Shown: positions 1 through 11,669, numbered from the stretch's first letter. The stretch is DNA of 64,000 bases from Candidatus Bathyarchaeota archaeon (GCA_963768425.1 CAVYHV010000006.1:160001-224000), one strand, 5' to 3'. The notes: generated by a model from the letters alone, not told the origin. Translations and numbers: made by a program.

Positions 1-2
1 CC

Positions 3-2036
3 GTGCCCTTCACAAGTGGCTTCAACTGCCTCGTTGGCGGTTTAGGGTGCGGAAAATCCAGCGTTCTCTACGCGGTTGACTTTGCCTTGTTCGGAGACGC
101 ACTCGGAAGAAGCTTCGATTATCTGCTTCGGGAAGGAGCAGACTGGGGGCGCGTCACCGTTCAATTTACTCAGAACGGCAGCACCTACAAACTTATCAGG
201 GGAATTAGGCGGAAAGGTAAAAGTATCGTCCAAAACTTTGAGGAGCTGACGCTCTTTGAGGATGACAAGCTTGTAGCCAGCATGAAAACCGACGCTATCT
301 CCGAGCAGTTCAAAGCTATAACAGGGTTAGATAAGGAGCTTTACCGGGAGATTGTCTGGTTTAGGCAAGAGCATCTTAAAGAACTGCTTGATTCAACGCC
401 GCGTGACAGGCAAAGACGCCTAGATGAGTTATTCGGATTATCTGACTACGAGATTGCATGGAGCAACATCGCACAGTACCAACGCGACTACGAAACTGAA
501 CGGCGGGTTTACGAGAAAGACCCAGACGTCAACGGAATGGAAAAACTCAGCACTGAATACAACAAAATCAGCGAAGAATACACGATGCTGGAGATTGAGC
601 TTGAAACCTCCACGCAGAAGATGGCGATTGCTAAAAAAGACCTGGATGAATCAGATTCTAAACTTAAGCGGCTGGAAGAGAAACGGCAAGCCATCGAAGA
701 GCTAAAACAAAAAGAGGCAAGGCTTCACTCAGACGCAGTCAACACGGGAAGAGCCATGGTTTCACTAACCGAACGGATACAAGGCAAAAGAACAATTCTG
801 GACAATCTGCGGCAACGCCAAGTTTCCATTGACACGCAAGCTAAACTGTGCCTAAGCAAGCTTGAGCAAACAGGCTCGCCGACAAACCAACCAGCGCGAT
901 CACTCCACACTTGCATGGCGAGCTTTGATGACAAAATCACCAACCTGCGGGCTGATCAAGAAGCGACTTCAAGAGACTTGCAGACCGACAAGAGACGAGC
1001 AGTCTCATTGGCGCAGGAGAACAAATGCCCGCTATGCATCCAACCTCTCGACGGCGAATACAAAACCAACTTGTTGTCCAGAATTGAAAGAGATAACGTT
1101 GACCGCGAGAAAACCCTAGTTCAGCTAAGAATAAAAATCGATTCGTTGCAGAAAACAAAAGCTGATGCCTCAGAAGCATACACAGCCCTGCAATCTTGCG
1201 TGACAAGAGCAGAAGAGTTGAAGAACCGCCTGTGTGAAGAGGAAGCGAATCTCAAAAGCTTAGTCTGCGAGTTCGAGGAAAAGCAGGGACTTGAAGCCGA
1301 CGTTAAGATGCAGCTTGAGCATGTTCAGTTCGAAATAGGCAGGTTCGACTCATCCGAAGTAGATACAGCCCGTGCGGCGCGTGAAGCTGCTTTTAGGCAA
1401 TATTACCTGTTAGATTCAGATTTGCGTACCAAAGAAAGTCGCAAGAAGGACCTTTTCAGGCGCTTGGACGAAATCAAAGAACGAATCAACGTTGCCCAAG
1501 AAAAACTGGAGCGCATGGAGAAAACCCGAAAATCAGTCGAGATTTTAGGCGCAATCCGCGACGCGTACCGCAGCATCCAACCTAAGCTTCGCAGCGAATT
1601 CGTGAAGGTTCTGCGCAACTATATCCAGCAAGTGCTCGATAGCCTAGTCGGCACAGAAGCATCCATGCTTAACGTAATGATCGATGACACTTACACGCCC
1701 TACGTGAAAAGCGAAGCAGGAGTCGACCGTGAAGTTTCCAACCTTTCAGGCGGCGAACGCACACTTCTGGCATTCGCTTACCGATTAGGCTTAGGCCAGC
1801 TTATCATGCAGTCACGAACTGGTCATGGCTTGAGTATGCTTGTGCTTGATGAACCAACAGAAAACTTGGGTAGCGAGGACGGCAGCATTGAGCGGCTAGC
1901 CGAAGCCATAAGCAGATTCAAAGCAATTGAGCAAATCATTGCAGTCACCCACAGTGAAGCCTTCGCTGGAAAAGCTGATCACGTTATCACCGTCGAAAAA
2001 GATGCTAGCATAAGCAAAATATCAATTGACCGATAA
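3..2036 (+). CDS. rad50: Rad50/SbcC SMC-family DNA repair ATPase (5'-truncated by window edge)
   Basis: Walker A GGLGCGKSS, long coiled coil with central CPLC zinc hook, signature LSGGE, Walker B LVLDEPT, H-loop VTH. Confidence 0.9.
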   Translation: MPFTSGFNCLVGGLGCGKSSVLYAVDFALFGDALGRSFDYLLREGADWGRVTVQFTQNGSTYKLIRGIRRKGKSIVQNFEELTLFEDDKLVASMKTDAISEQFKAITGLDKELYREIVWFRQEHLKELLDSTPRDRQRRLDELFGLSDYEIAWSNIAQYQRDYETERRVYEKDPDVNGMEKLSTEYNKISEEYTMLEIELETSTQKMAIAKKDLDESDSKLKRLEEKRQAIEELKQKEARLHSDAVNTGRAMVSLTERIQGKRTILDNLRQRQVSIDTQAKLCLSKLEQTGSPTNQPARSLHTCMASFDDKITNLRADQEATSRDLQTDKRRAVSLAQENKCPLCIQPLDGEYKTNLLSRIERDNVDREKTLVQLRIKIDSLQKTKADASEAYTALQSCVTRAEELKNRLCEEEANLKSLVCEFEEKQGLEADVKMQLEHVQFEIGRFDSSEVDTARAAREAAFRQYYLLDSDLRTKESRKKDLFRRLDEIKERINVAQEKLERMEKTRKSVEILGAIRDAYRSIQPKLRSEFVKVLRNYIQQVLDSLVGTEASMLNVMIDDTYTPYVKSEAGVDREVSNLSGGERTLLAFAYRLGLGQLIMQSRTGHGLSMLVLDEPTENLGSEDGSIERLAEAISRFKAIEQIIAVTHSEAFAGKADHVITVEKDASISKISIDR

Positions 2037-2292
2037 CGGATTCTCCAAAAAATGTCAATGCCCTCTTTTTCATGAAAACACTTTCAATAGTCCATCAAAA
2101 AGGCTCTTTACTGCTTTGTTCTAAAAAGAAGAACAAGAGAAAGTTTACGAAGCTTCCGACCGAGCGATCGATAGTTGCTAAAGGCTTATATCGCACTCAT
2201 TCTATATGTTGAAAACGCAGAAAAATAGTGTCTGAAGAGTTTGAAAGAATTCATCAGGCAATTTTTCGATAATGTCAGGAGTTTAGAAAAAT

Positions 2293-3069
2293 TTGAAAAC
2301 TAAAAGTCTAAAAGTTCTAGCAATGATCCTACTAACAACGACACTTCTAATCCTAGCTTCAGGCGCGAGCATCTCAACCGTAAAAGCAGCAACAACCCAG
2401 AACGTTGTTCTTTACACTACATTAGGCGCGTCATCCGTCACAGCAAACGGGACAGCCATGACGTTGGGAGGAAGTAATACTTTCACCAGCGGCAACACAG
2501 AAACGTTCGTGGTGACACCTTCATCTGGCTACAAATTCTTGTGCTGGGTCTATGCCGACGCTTCAGGTCCAGTTGCGTCAACTGCTGCCTCATTCAGCAA
2601 AGTCATTTCAGCTACCTGCTCTTTAGAAGCAGTTTGCGTTCCAACAACCAACACAACAGCAACAACCTCTGGAAGCGGAGCAGCTACACTTACCGTCTTC
2701 GCGACAAGCGGCGGACAAACAGATCCCGCTGGAGCAATCACAGGGGCATCTGTAAAAGGCACAATAGGCTCATCTACACAATTTACCGAGACACCAGGAA
2801 CCGGTTACACATTCCTGTGCTGGATAGTACAATGCGCTTCAAGTAACGAGTACACTTCAAGTACACTCAACTACGTGCCAACTTCAAGCGGAGCCGCCGT
2901 AGAAGCTATCTGGGTTCCAACCAGCAGCTCAGTCACACTGCCACCAATAACTACACCAACACCGACACCAAAAGTAGACGAGATTTCCACAGCAATGGCT
3001 GCCATCGTAGTCGCAGCATTAGCAGTAGCCGCCTTGGGAACATTCGCATACAAAAAATCACGAAAGTAA
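2293..3069 (+). CDS. Secreted Thr/Ser-rich surface protein with two internal beta-rich repeats and C-terminal membrane anchor
   Basis: Signal peptide (TTG start), repeated GY.FLCW motif, PTPTP linker, TM helix, basic tail KKSRK. Confidence 0.75.
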   Translation: MKTKSLKVLAMILLTTTLLILASGASISTVKAATTQNVVLYTTLGASSVTANGTAMTLGGSNTFTSGNTETFVVTPSSGYKFLCWVYADASGPVASTAASFSKVISATCSLEAVCVPTTNTTATTSGSGAATLTVFATSGGQTDPAGAITGASVKGTIGSSTQFTETPGTGYTFLCWIVQCASSNEYTSSTLNYVPTSSGAAVEAIWVPTSSSVTLPPITTPTPTPKVDEISTAMAAIVVAALAVAALGTFAYKKSRK

Positions 3070-3079
3070 AAACCCCCAC

Positions 3080-3098
3080 TTTCTTTTTCTATTTTTTT
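3080..3098 (+). terminator. Archaeal oligo-T terminator
   Basis: T-runs (tttctttttctatttttttt) just after the stop of 2293-3069. Confidence 0.5.
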
Positions 3099-3241
3099 AA
3101 ATCATTCTTTTATGATTTCAAATTAGAAACAAAATCTACTAGCTTTACACATGCCTATTTCACCGGTTGCTGTCGTCCAAAGTCAATTAACTTCGCCTCT
3201 TAAGCCTTATATAACGCCTACGAGCACCGTTAAACAATCAG

Positions 3242-4360
3242 ATGGTTTGGCGGCGAACAAAAATGAAATTTAACGTGGGCATCGAATCAATCGAAGCAGA
3301 AGTAAAAGGCAACATTCTCGTGGTTTGCTCCAGAGAACCTTTAAGAGTACTTAGCTCCGCCGTTTTAAACGGAGGGCTCATGGAAGCAGATGCGATAATT
3401 AATGTTCAAGTCCCTGAAGGTAGCGGCGAAAACAAAAATGACGCACACTGGAACGCCGAAGAATTCTTGAAAACGCAAGTTCAAGTTCTCGGGCTTCCGG
3501 AGGGCAAAGTGGTTGGGCTAATGACTGCCGCCAAAATGAAGAATGTAGTAACAGCGACCAGAAAATACGGCAAAACAACTGTGGCTCTTTTCGTGACTGG
3601 CGGAAAAACCGTTGCTGTTACAGCCGGTGAACCGGCAGCCTCAAAAAACCCGCCGAAACCTGGAACAATAAACATTATTCTGCTGGTAGATGGAAACATG
3701 ACAGACGGCGCTATAGTTGAGGCACACAAAACCATTACAGAAGCCAAAACAGTTGCGCTAAGGGAACTAGATCTTAGAAGCCAGTTTTCAGGTGACCTTG
3801 CTACTGGAACATTAACCGACACCATTGCAGTGGCTTGCACCAAAAAAGGGGAGCCCATACGTTTTACAGGAACTTTCACTTTAATCGGAGAACTCATCGG
3901 GCAAGGCGTTAGAGAATGCGTAAAGAAGGCTATTTACTTACAAGAAGGACTTGTGCCTGGTAGGCCTTTGATGGAAAGATTGACTGAGAGAGGAATAGAA
4001 ATCGAGAAGTTGATGTCTCTTTTCACTCGAATTGTCCTCGTTGAAGACGCTAAAATTCAGCAATTCAGGAAGGAAGTGGAGCAAACTTTAGCTGATAAGA
4101 AAATCGCGGGGTTGATTTTGGCAAGCCTCAGGTTTGACGATGATTTAAGAAAAGGCTTAATCCCCGAGCAAGCTCAAAATTCCGTTGACCAAGATGTGTT
4201 TGAAGAAATTGTGTCTGCAGCAGTTAGGATTTACTTGTCGGACACTTGCATCTCAGATGTTGAATGCCTCAGGTTGATGACGAAAGAAGAGAGTTTGGGT
4301 CCTCTGACAACTTGCGTTCTAAACGCAATCATGAAAAACGTCTACTCCAAAATTGGCTAA
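3242..4360 (+). CDS. cbiZ: Adenosylcobinamide amidohydrolase CbiZ with C-terminal extension
   Basis: LSSAVLNGG, GLMTAA, GTINIILL, TITEAKT, ATGTLTD motifs typical of CbiZ; start may be 3263. Confidence 0.85.
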   Translation: MVWRRTKMKFNVGIESIEAEVKGNILVVCSREPLRVLSSAVLNGGLMEADAIINVQVPEGSGENKNDAHWNAEEFLKTQVQVLGLPEGKVVGLMTAAKMKNVVTATRKYGKTTVALFVTGGKTVAVTAGEPAASKNPPKPGTINIILLVDGNMTDGAIVEAHKTITEAKTVALRELDLRSQFSGDLATGTLTDTIAVACTKKGEPIRFTGTFTLIGELIGQGVRECVKKAIYLQEGLVPGRPLMERLTERGIEIEKLMSLFTRIVLVEDAKIQQFRKEVEQTLADKKIAGLILASLRFDDDLRKGLIPEQAQNSVDQDVFEEIVSAAVRIYLSDTCISDVECLRLMTKEESLGPLTTCVLNAIMKNVYSKIG

Positions 4361-4479
4361 CCCAATTTACAACCGTAAAGATGTTCTTGTGACAGTGCCT
4401 CTAGTACTTGCTCGCAATTTCCCATACATCGGTCAAGTACAGTTAACTTTAATAATGCTGTAACTCGCTTTTTAGCAAG

Positions 4480-5754
4480 GTGCAAATTTACGTGGTTCAA
4501 ATAAATCCCAATGAGCTGCCCTATGACACGCTCAAACATTGGCCTCCGATGACATACAGAAACAACCAAGCACCAACCAAAGAGGCAAGCAGGGATTTTG
4601 AAAGCTTTCTTAACGGCGAAAACACCTCAAAAGGACCAAAAGAGCTGCAGCCGTGGATTCCATTCTGCGACGGAAGATGTTCCTTTTGCTATTTCCCAGT
4701 TAACTGCGAAAAACACGACATCTCCGCCTACATCGAAGCTTTGAAGACTGCGTTGCATCGCTACTCACAAACCAGATATATCCAGTCAACAGTTTTCGAT
4801 GAAATCTACGTGGGCGGCGGCAGCCCCTCTGTTCTTTCTGAAATGCAGATCGCAGATGTTATGAATTTTTGTCGAGGCAATTTCAAATTTGCCGGTGGCT
4901 GCACGACAAAGTTTACCGCGTGCACTTTCGGGTTGACAGACAAGAAAATTCGTCTCTTAGCTTCCCAAGAAATTGACCAATTAGACATCGGGGTTCAAAC
5001 CTTTGAAGACGCCTTCCGAAAAAATCTCACGCTCCGAGACGGAAGCAAAGACGCCAAGGAAAAGCTGAAGGCCGTTAAGGAAAATGGTTTGCACCTCAGC
5101 ATCGACCTACTTTATAACCTCCCTGGACAGACAATGGAGCAGTGGAGAGGGGACTTAAAACAGGCTTTGGAGCTTGAAGTTGAAAGCGTAGACTGCTACC
5201 CTCTGGATCTGTACGCGGATACACCGCTTGCCAGAAGAATCGCCCTTGGTGAGCTGCCTTCACCAGGTGACTATAAAAAAGAACTCGAGATGTACTTGGA
5301 AGCCTATGACATTTTCAAACAGAACGGATACTTCCCAACCTGCCACAACAGGTTCTCAAAACTTAAAGAAGACCGCGGGAAAGTGTCTTCAGAAGTCGTG
5401 GGAACAGGAGCAGGCTTCTTCATGGGGCACCTTGGCAACTTCCAATACTCAGACATCGACAACGTCAAAGACTACATAGCCCAAGTTAAGAAGGGATCTT
5501 TCCCATTGGCTTCTCTTGCGACCCTCTCCAAGGAAGATAAAATGCGCAAAGCAATGATGCTCATATACGTCCGCATTCGGTTGGACCGCAAAGACTTCCG
5601 AGACGAATTCGGAAAGTTTCCCGAAGAAGCATTTCCAGACGCAATAGAAAGACTCAAGCGAAAAGGCCTGATTGTGGTCACTGACGAAGAAATACGATTG
5701 TCAGAGAAGGGCGACCCGTGGCGGTTCAACATTGCTTGGGAGTTCTTCAAGTAA
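4480..5754 (+). CDS. HemN/coproporphyrinogen III oxidase-like radical SAM protein
   Basis: IPFCDGRCSFC (CxxxCxxC), YVGGGSPS, IGVQTF, SIDLLYNLPGQT, HemN-type C-terminus; start probably GTG 4492. Confidence 0.85.
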   Translation: MQIYVVQINPNELPYDTLKHWPPMTYRNNQAPTKEASRDFESFLNGENTSKGPKELQPWIPFCDGRCSFCYFPVNCEKHDISAYIEALKTALHRYSQTRYIQSTVFDEIYVGGGSPSVLSEMQIADVMNFCRGNFKFAGGCTTKFTACTFGLTDKKIRLLASQEIDQLDIGVQTFEDAFRKNLTLRDGSKDAKEKLKAVKENGLHLSIDLLYNLPGQTMEQWRGDLKQALELEVESVDCYPLDLYADTPLARRIALGELPSPGDYKKELEMYLEAYDIFKQNGYFPTCHNRFSKLKEDRGKVSSEVVGTGAGFFMGHLGNFQYSDIDNVKDYIAQVKKGSFPLASLATLSKEDKMRKAMMLIYVRIRLDRKDFRDEFGKFPEEAFPDAIERLKRKGLIVVTDEEIRLSEKGDPWRFNIAWEFFK

Positions 5755-5819
5755 AGGCTGTTTTTCATTAGTACGCTAGAAACATAGGCAATAAAACTTC
5801 GGTTGGAAAAGATAAAATT

Positions 5820-6776
5820 TTATGAGAGCTCTATGCTATCGCATTTGTATGGGACAAGCGGTTTAGGGATGTACGAGTAATAAGTGAAAAAAAGAATTGC
5901 GGCTTCCAAGTTTTCTATTTGAGGAATCTTTTCGAGTCTATTTGTAAGTGATCCCAGATCTTTGAGATCCTTTACCAATGCGGCGCCGTATATATCGAAT
6001 GCTCCTCCAATTACCAGATCAAGGCTGGAGAACAAGTGTAATTCCTTTAAGACCCCGTAAGTTGATTGCTTGGATTGATCTTTCGAGCAAGAAATAAGAA
6101 AGAATGCCGTACCCTGGTACCCTATTTTCGAACGGTCAATTAACACTGAGCATTTTTTTATTATAGCTTCCTTCCTCATTTTTTCATATCGCGATCTTAC
6201 TGTTTCATGGGAAATGCCTATCGTCTTAGCAATTCTTGCGAACGGTGTTTGTGCATTATTAAGCAGCTCTTCGATTATTTTCAAGTCAGTTTCATCTATA
6301 TTATGCTCTCTTTCAGGTTTGGTCTTTTCTTCTAAGTCCAAAGCGGAATCGTCAACATGAATGTTTATTGTGATTGCTCTTATACCTTCTATGTTTTTTA
6401 TCAAATGAGTAACATTGTCCAATTCAGGGAGATCCCTTGCGAATACATGAGCAAACAAATTGTATCGTCCTATACTTTTTGCGCACACCATAACGTTGGG
6501 AATTGCTCTAACTTTTTGGGCAATCTGATCTACCCTCGAGTTTTCTGCTGTTATTCCTATGGTCGCTTCTTGTGGGTAACCAAGAACTCCTCGCTTTAGA
6601 TCCAGGTGGGTTCCTACAATTATTTTGGTTGCCTTGAGTTTTTTTACCCTTTTAACGATTGCGCTCGGTGTTAGAGAGCACTCTTTAGCAATATCCTTCA
6701 GGTCTGTTCTTGCGTCTGCTTCTAATCGGTCTAAGATTTTAAGATCAATCTTGTCAATTTCACCATTTGAACGCAT
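5820..6776 (-). CDS. Lrp/AsnC family regulator with two tandem HTH+RAM units
   Basis: Two copies of the D..DLKI...L..(D/N)A..HTH start, each followed by a RAM-like domain. Confidence 0.85.
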   Translation of the reverse strand: MRSNGEIDKIDLKILDRLEADARTDLKDIAKECSLTPSAIVKRVKKLKATKIIVGTHLDLKRGVLGYPQEATIGITAENSRVDQIAQKVRAIPNVMVCAKSIGRYNLFAHVFARDLPELDNVTHLIKNIEGIRAITINIHVDDSALDLEEKTKPEREHNIDETDLKIIEELLNNAQTPFARIAKTIGISHETVRSRYEKMRKEAIIKKCSVLIDRSKIGYQGTAFFLISCSKDQSKQSTYGVLKELHLFSSLDLVIGGAFDIYGAALVKDLKDLGSLTNRLEKIPQIENLEAAILFFTYYSYIPKPLVPYKCDSIELS

Positions 6777-6970
6777 GATATTCTCGCAATTATGTGTGGC
6801 ATTATTGATAAAAAGCTACTGCCCACACGATCCTAAATGCTATATGAGTTAGCAATAGTTTCCCATATACTCAATTAAAGTTTAATAAAGCAATAAAATA
6901 ATCAATAGATTGGAAAATATTAAATATAACTTGGATACGAAGCAGATTCATAGAAAAGGAGAAAAACGAA

Positions 6971-9648
6971 ATGACTTTCTCTAAAAATAGAATTTTTGCT
7001 ATTGCGATTGTGTTTTGCTTAATATTCTCGATGGCGGCTTCAATAATGCTTTTGCCAAATGCCAACGCACATTATCCGCCTTTGCAAGTTCCGACGTTTT
7101 CCTTCTGCAGTGTTTCACCTAATCCTATAGGCGCAGGACAAACAGCCCGTGTCAACTTTTGGGTTGGTGAGCCACCACCTACTGCGAGCGGGCAATTTGG
7201 AGACAGATGGGGAAATCTTACTGTCGTAGTCACCAAGCCTGATGAAACCACCACAACGTTAGGTCCATTTACATCCGACGCTACTGGAGGCACATACACA
7301 ACATACACGCCTGCAACAGTTGGGAACTACACTTTCCAAATGTTCTTTGGCGGGCAAACATTAGCCGGCAATAACCTCGCTCCCGGAACTCCGACCACCG
7401 GACCAGCTGCTAACCCAGCTATTGGCGATTACTACCAACCAAGCTCCAGCAGCAAACTTACGCTAACAGTCCAACAGCAGCCTATACCATTATCAGCAGC
7501 CACAATTCCTCTTCCCACAAGCTACTGGACACGCCCCATTTACGGTGAAAACAACGAATGGGCTACGATCGCCGGTAACTGGCTTGGAACCGGCAAGACA
7601 TCTTTTGCCAACACTGGAATGTATAACAGCAGCAACAATTATAATCCATATACTACAGCGCCAACCACTGCTCATATCTTGTGGACTAAACCTGAAGCTT
7701 TTGGCGGAATAATCGGCGGCGAATATGGGACAAGTGAAACAAGTAACTTCTATTCAACCGCTCAATATGAACCTAAATTTGCCCCAATAATCATGGACGG
7801 CATACTATACTACACACAGTACCCCGGAAGTGGATCCAATCCAGAAGGTTGGGTAGCCGTGGATTTGCATACTGGTCAAACACTATGGACAAAAAACACA
7901 ACTGAAGTGTTAAGATGCGGACAAATACTAGACATGTTTACACCAAACCAATACGGTGCTCTCGCATACCTATGGAGCACGCCACTCGGATCAACAGTCG
8001 TATATGAAGGCTTTGAACCGAGTGTGGGTGGATCTTATGAAATGTGGGATGCACTGACAGGCAACTACATACTAAGCATTACAGGCGTTCCTGTTTCGTC
8101 CCAACCTGGCACAGCGGTTTCACTTACAACCGACGATCATGGCGATCTGATAGGTTACTACGTCAATTCCACTAACCCATTCGCACCCACGTTAAACTTG
8201 TGGAACTCTACTCGGTGCATCAACCTAGCTGTTCCTAACTCTTACGGCGGTCCAAATATTGCAGACAACTGGCTCTGGAGACCTCCACAAGGTGCATCCA
8301 TTCCCTTCAGTCTCGGAATACAATGGACAGAACCACTTGCTACTAACATTGCTGGCGTCCCCATAATCGATTTCGCCAATGCTCTATACGGCATTGGAAT
8401 TACTTACATCTCCAGCGGAGTAGTTTACATGTCAGAATACGCTATGGGGGGAGGACTATTTTATCAACCTGGCTGGCAAATTGAAGCCGGGTACAGTGAA
8501 AACACTGGACAACAGTTATGGATAACCAACCGCACAGAAGTGCCATACACGCTTATTTCTGCAGGCGCAGGTACATATTTTGCCGGCGACGGAGTTTACG
8601 TTGAATTCACACAAAATGCACTATCGATCAGCTGTTACAGCCTTTTTACGGGTAAACTGCTTTGGGGACCAACTGCACTTCCAGGCGCTCGAAGCTTTTG
8701 ATTCTCTCGGAGGCAACTCAGTCATCGCTAATGGCACACTATACGTATGGGCTTACGGAGGAGACGTTTACGCCTACAACATTGCGGACGGCTCACTTAA
8801 GTGGCACTATAGCACACCGAGCGGCGGCTACGAATCTCCCTACGGAACTGAACCCCTCTGGGTTTTCACTGTAGGAACGGTCGCTGGCGGTGAGCTATTC
8901 CTTCCTGAAAGGCCACATGTATAGTCCACCTCTATTTCACGGAGCCCAACAGCTTGCATTGAATACAACTAATGGCAAAGTTATCTGGAGCATCGATGCT
9001 TTCGACGTTACCAGCGGCCCCGCAATCTCGGATGGCATCGCGACCACACTCAATGCATATGATAACCAGATTTACGCGTATGGCAAGGGGCCAAGCTCCA
9101 CTTCTGTTTCGGCACCACAGATTGGCGTGACAACTGCTACACCGATAACGATAACGGGTAACGTTTTGGATATCTCTGCGGGCTCACAACAAAACGCAGT
9201 CGCTGCTAACTTCCCACATGGTCTTCCATGCGTTTCTGACGCGAGCATGAGCCAGTTTATGGAAGCTGTTTACATGCAGCAGCCAATGCCCACAAACATT
9301 ACGGGAGTTCCAGTTGTATTATACGTTTTAGACAGCAACAACAACTACAGATCCATCGGCACAACAACAACTAACGCTCAAGGCAACTACGGCTTAACCT
9401 GGACACCAGATATTCCGGGCAACTATACCATATATGCCACGTTTGCAGGGACACAATCCTACTACGGATCTTCTGCTTCCACATTCATCCATGCAAGTTC
9501 ACCCGCAGCAACTGCAGCGCCAACAGCAACTCCACTTAGCGGCATCGCAACCCAAAGCGCGCTCGAATACATAGGCATCGCAATCATTATCGTCATAGTC
9601 ATAATCGGCGTTGTAATCATGCTGATGCTCAGCAGAAAACGGCCTTAA
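6971..9648 (+). CDS. Large secreted PQQ-binding-like beta-propeller protein, split by two frameshifts (~8695, ~8910)
   Basis: Three overlapping ORFs (6971-8701, 8580-8924, 8890-9648) form one continuous protein with signal peptide, repeated TG..LW motifs, Ig-like C-domain and TM anchor. Confidence 0.8.
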
Positions 9649-9743
9649 ATAAATCGCAAAAACAAAAACTACTTCCTTTTCCTTTTTTTAGTCATTTAAG
9701 CTCTTTAAAATTTAAACGCACACAAGAACTCCAAAACAAACCT

Positions 9744-10310
9744 TCACTTCTCGATTGAATCTTTTTTCAACTCCAAAAACTTCGCGCATAAAGGTAACTC
9801 CATCAGTATTCTATCAGTGTATGTGCCGTCGAGGAATTTGATGTCATGTGATAGTTTGCCGCATTCTTTGTATCCGCATTTCTTGTAAACATGCAAAGCT
9901 CGCTGGTTTGTGGCGAAGACGGAAAGCCGCAGAATCTCAAACCCATGTTCTTTTGCAACTTTGACAAACGCTTTTGTTAGCTCTGTTCCGAAACCCAAGT
10001 TGCGATAGCAGTCGCAGATGAAAATAACGAAGTCGGCGACGTGCGAGCGTTTGTCAGGGAACGGTTGGATGCTCGCTCCCCCGACGACTTTGCCATCGAC
10101 ACTGGCTACTAAGAAAAGCATGCCTGCTTTCGTACTTCGCTCAAACCAATTTCGTTCTTCTTCGATGTCTACCTGATTGTTCATGAAGAGGAATTTGCCC
10201 TCGCGGATTACACTGTTAAGCGCTTGCACAAGCTCTGGTAAGTCGTTTTCTTCTAACCAGTCAAGCGTCGCCGTTCTTCCGTCCTTCAATTTAAACTTCT
10301 TATAAAACAT
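9744..10310 (-). CDS. GNAT family N-acetyltransferase
   Basis: YRNLGFGTEL acetyl-CoA motif, LSVFATNQRALHVYKKCGY. Confidence 0.85.
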   Translation of the reverse strand: MFYKKFKLKDGRTATLDWLEENDLPELVQALNSVIREGKFLFMNNQVDIEEERNWFERSTKAGMLFLVASVDGKVVGGASIQPFPDKRSHVADFVIFICDCYRNLGFGTELTKAFVKVAKEHGFEILRLSVFATNQRALHVYKKCGYKECGKLSHDIKFLDGTYTDRILMELPLCAKFLELKKDSIEK

Positions 10311-10453
10311 CCAACATCCCTGTTTTTTATGATTTGCTTGATCTTGAGGTTCAGAAACGCATTTTCAATTTTTCTTCGCATGATGAGCGATTATCGCTGA
10401 ATTCTCCTAAAAGTTTTCCGATGCGATTCAAAAAGGACTTGGAGAAATCCATT

Positions 10454-10540
10454 TCCTAACTTCTAATTAAGACATACATTATCTTAGTTACCACAATAAC
10501 ACCGAAAAGAATTGATGATTACTTTTTTGGCCTACAAGCT
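10454..10540. repeat. Copy 1 of a dispersed ~90-bp element (copy 2 at 32301-32388)
   Basis: TCCTAACTTCTAATTAA(G/C)ACATACATTATCTTA is 32/33 identical between the copies; weaker similarity continues downstream. Confidence 0.75.
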
Positions 10541-10596
10541 AAATTTTTTTTATCATTACTTGGCCAAGATGGCTTGACGTGTCAAATAAGGCGCGC

Positions 10597-10833
10597 TCAC
10601 CATACTATCTGGTTTATTTCCAGTTGTCTGCGTATGACTTGGAATGGTATGTCCCAGCCGGTCAGATGATAGATTAATTCCTTAAAGTCTGGTATATCCA
10701 ATTTCGTTTTCTCTTGCTCTTTGATTGTTGTGTAGATTGTAGATATTGGAAACGCTTCTGCGTTGGGCAAAGAGTTTCTCACTTTCTTTGCTAGACACGC
10801 TAATTCTTCAATTTGCATTTTTTCTTCCTTCAA
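10597..10833 (-). CDS. Small hypothetical protein
   Basis: 78-aa ORF with plausible composition and upstream TATA-like sequence. Confidence 0.45.
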   Translation of the reverse strand: MKEEKMQIEELACLAKKVRNSLPNAEAFPISTIYTTIKEQEKTKLDIPDFKELIYHLTGWDIPFQVIRRQLEINQIVW

Positions 10834-11388
10834 ATGGTGGTTGCCGTTTCTTACTGAATCTTCTTATCGCATGACTTATTATATAGCTTCTTGAAAAACT
10901 TGACAACGTTGATTGTCAATTTTAGCGAAGGTTTGCAAAGTCAACTTAACAAAGGTTGTGAAGTCTAGTAAACTTGCTATTGTGCACAAAGGGATTCAAC
11001 GATCGCTATCAAAAAGTAAACATTAACATTTACGTAGTTACTGCTTTTTGCGACTGACTGAGTCTTGGCTTGTATGCGACTAACGTTCGTGTCGTTTTGA
11101 GCTAAGCCAACAGGAATAGCAACAACTCCCAAGAAACTTGAGACGAATAATGCGAGAACAAGAAAGTGAGAAACCTATACTTGGACTATCCACACTTATT
11201 CAAGGAATGCGTTAGCAATAAAACGCTACTCAAAAAAATCTCTTGACCGAGTTTAGTCAAAGTTTTTTTTTGACTAAGAATTTGTTCATTTCTGAGCTGT
11301 GCAGATTAAAGACTTAACGTGCTTTCCAAAAATCAAAAAAAGAATTTAGTTCTTAACAATTCATTGGGTTCTGCTGTTGTTTCTGTTG

Positions 11389-11520
11389 TCATTGTTCTGC
11401 TTTCTTGAAGTATTGGTCTAATGCGTCGTTTATTATGCAGGATAAGTCGCCTCTGTTAAGCACTTTTTCTCTTAATCGTTTTTGGTTTTCATGGCTTACG
11501 GTGAACGTTAATTTTGGCAT
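11389..11520 (-). CDS. 43-aa ribbon-helix-helix (CopG-like) protein, not in ORF track
   Basis: Hand translation MPKLTFTVSHENQKRLREKVLNRGDLSCIINDALDQYFKKAEQ; beta strand plus two helices with S.II..AL..Y pattern; GGAGTG upstream. Confidence 0.7.
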   Translation of the reverse strand: MPKLTFTVSHENQKRLREKVLNRGDLSCIINDALDQYFKKAEQ

Positions 11521-11669
11521 TTTGTCTTTTCACACTCCATTTTTGTCTTAATGGTATAAGTGGATATGTTACTTATCAGTTTTTAGACGATAAAAGTAAG
11601 TGCATTGAAAACTTGCCATGATAAGAACTGTTCTATCTTTCGATGTAATTAGAAACAAGAAAGAAGCAC

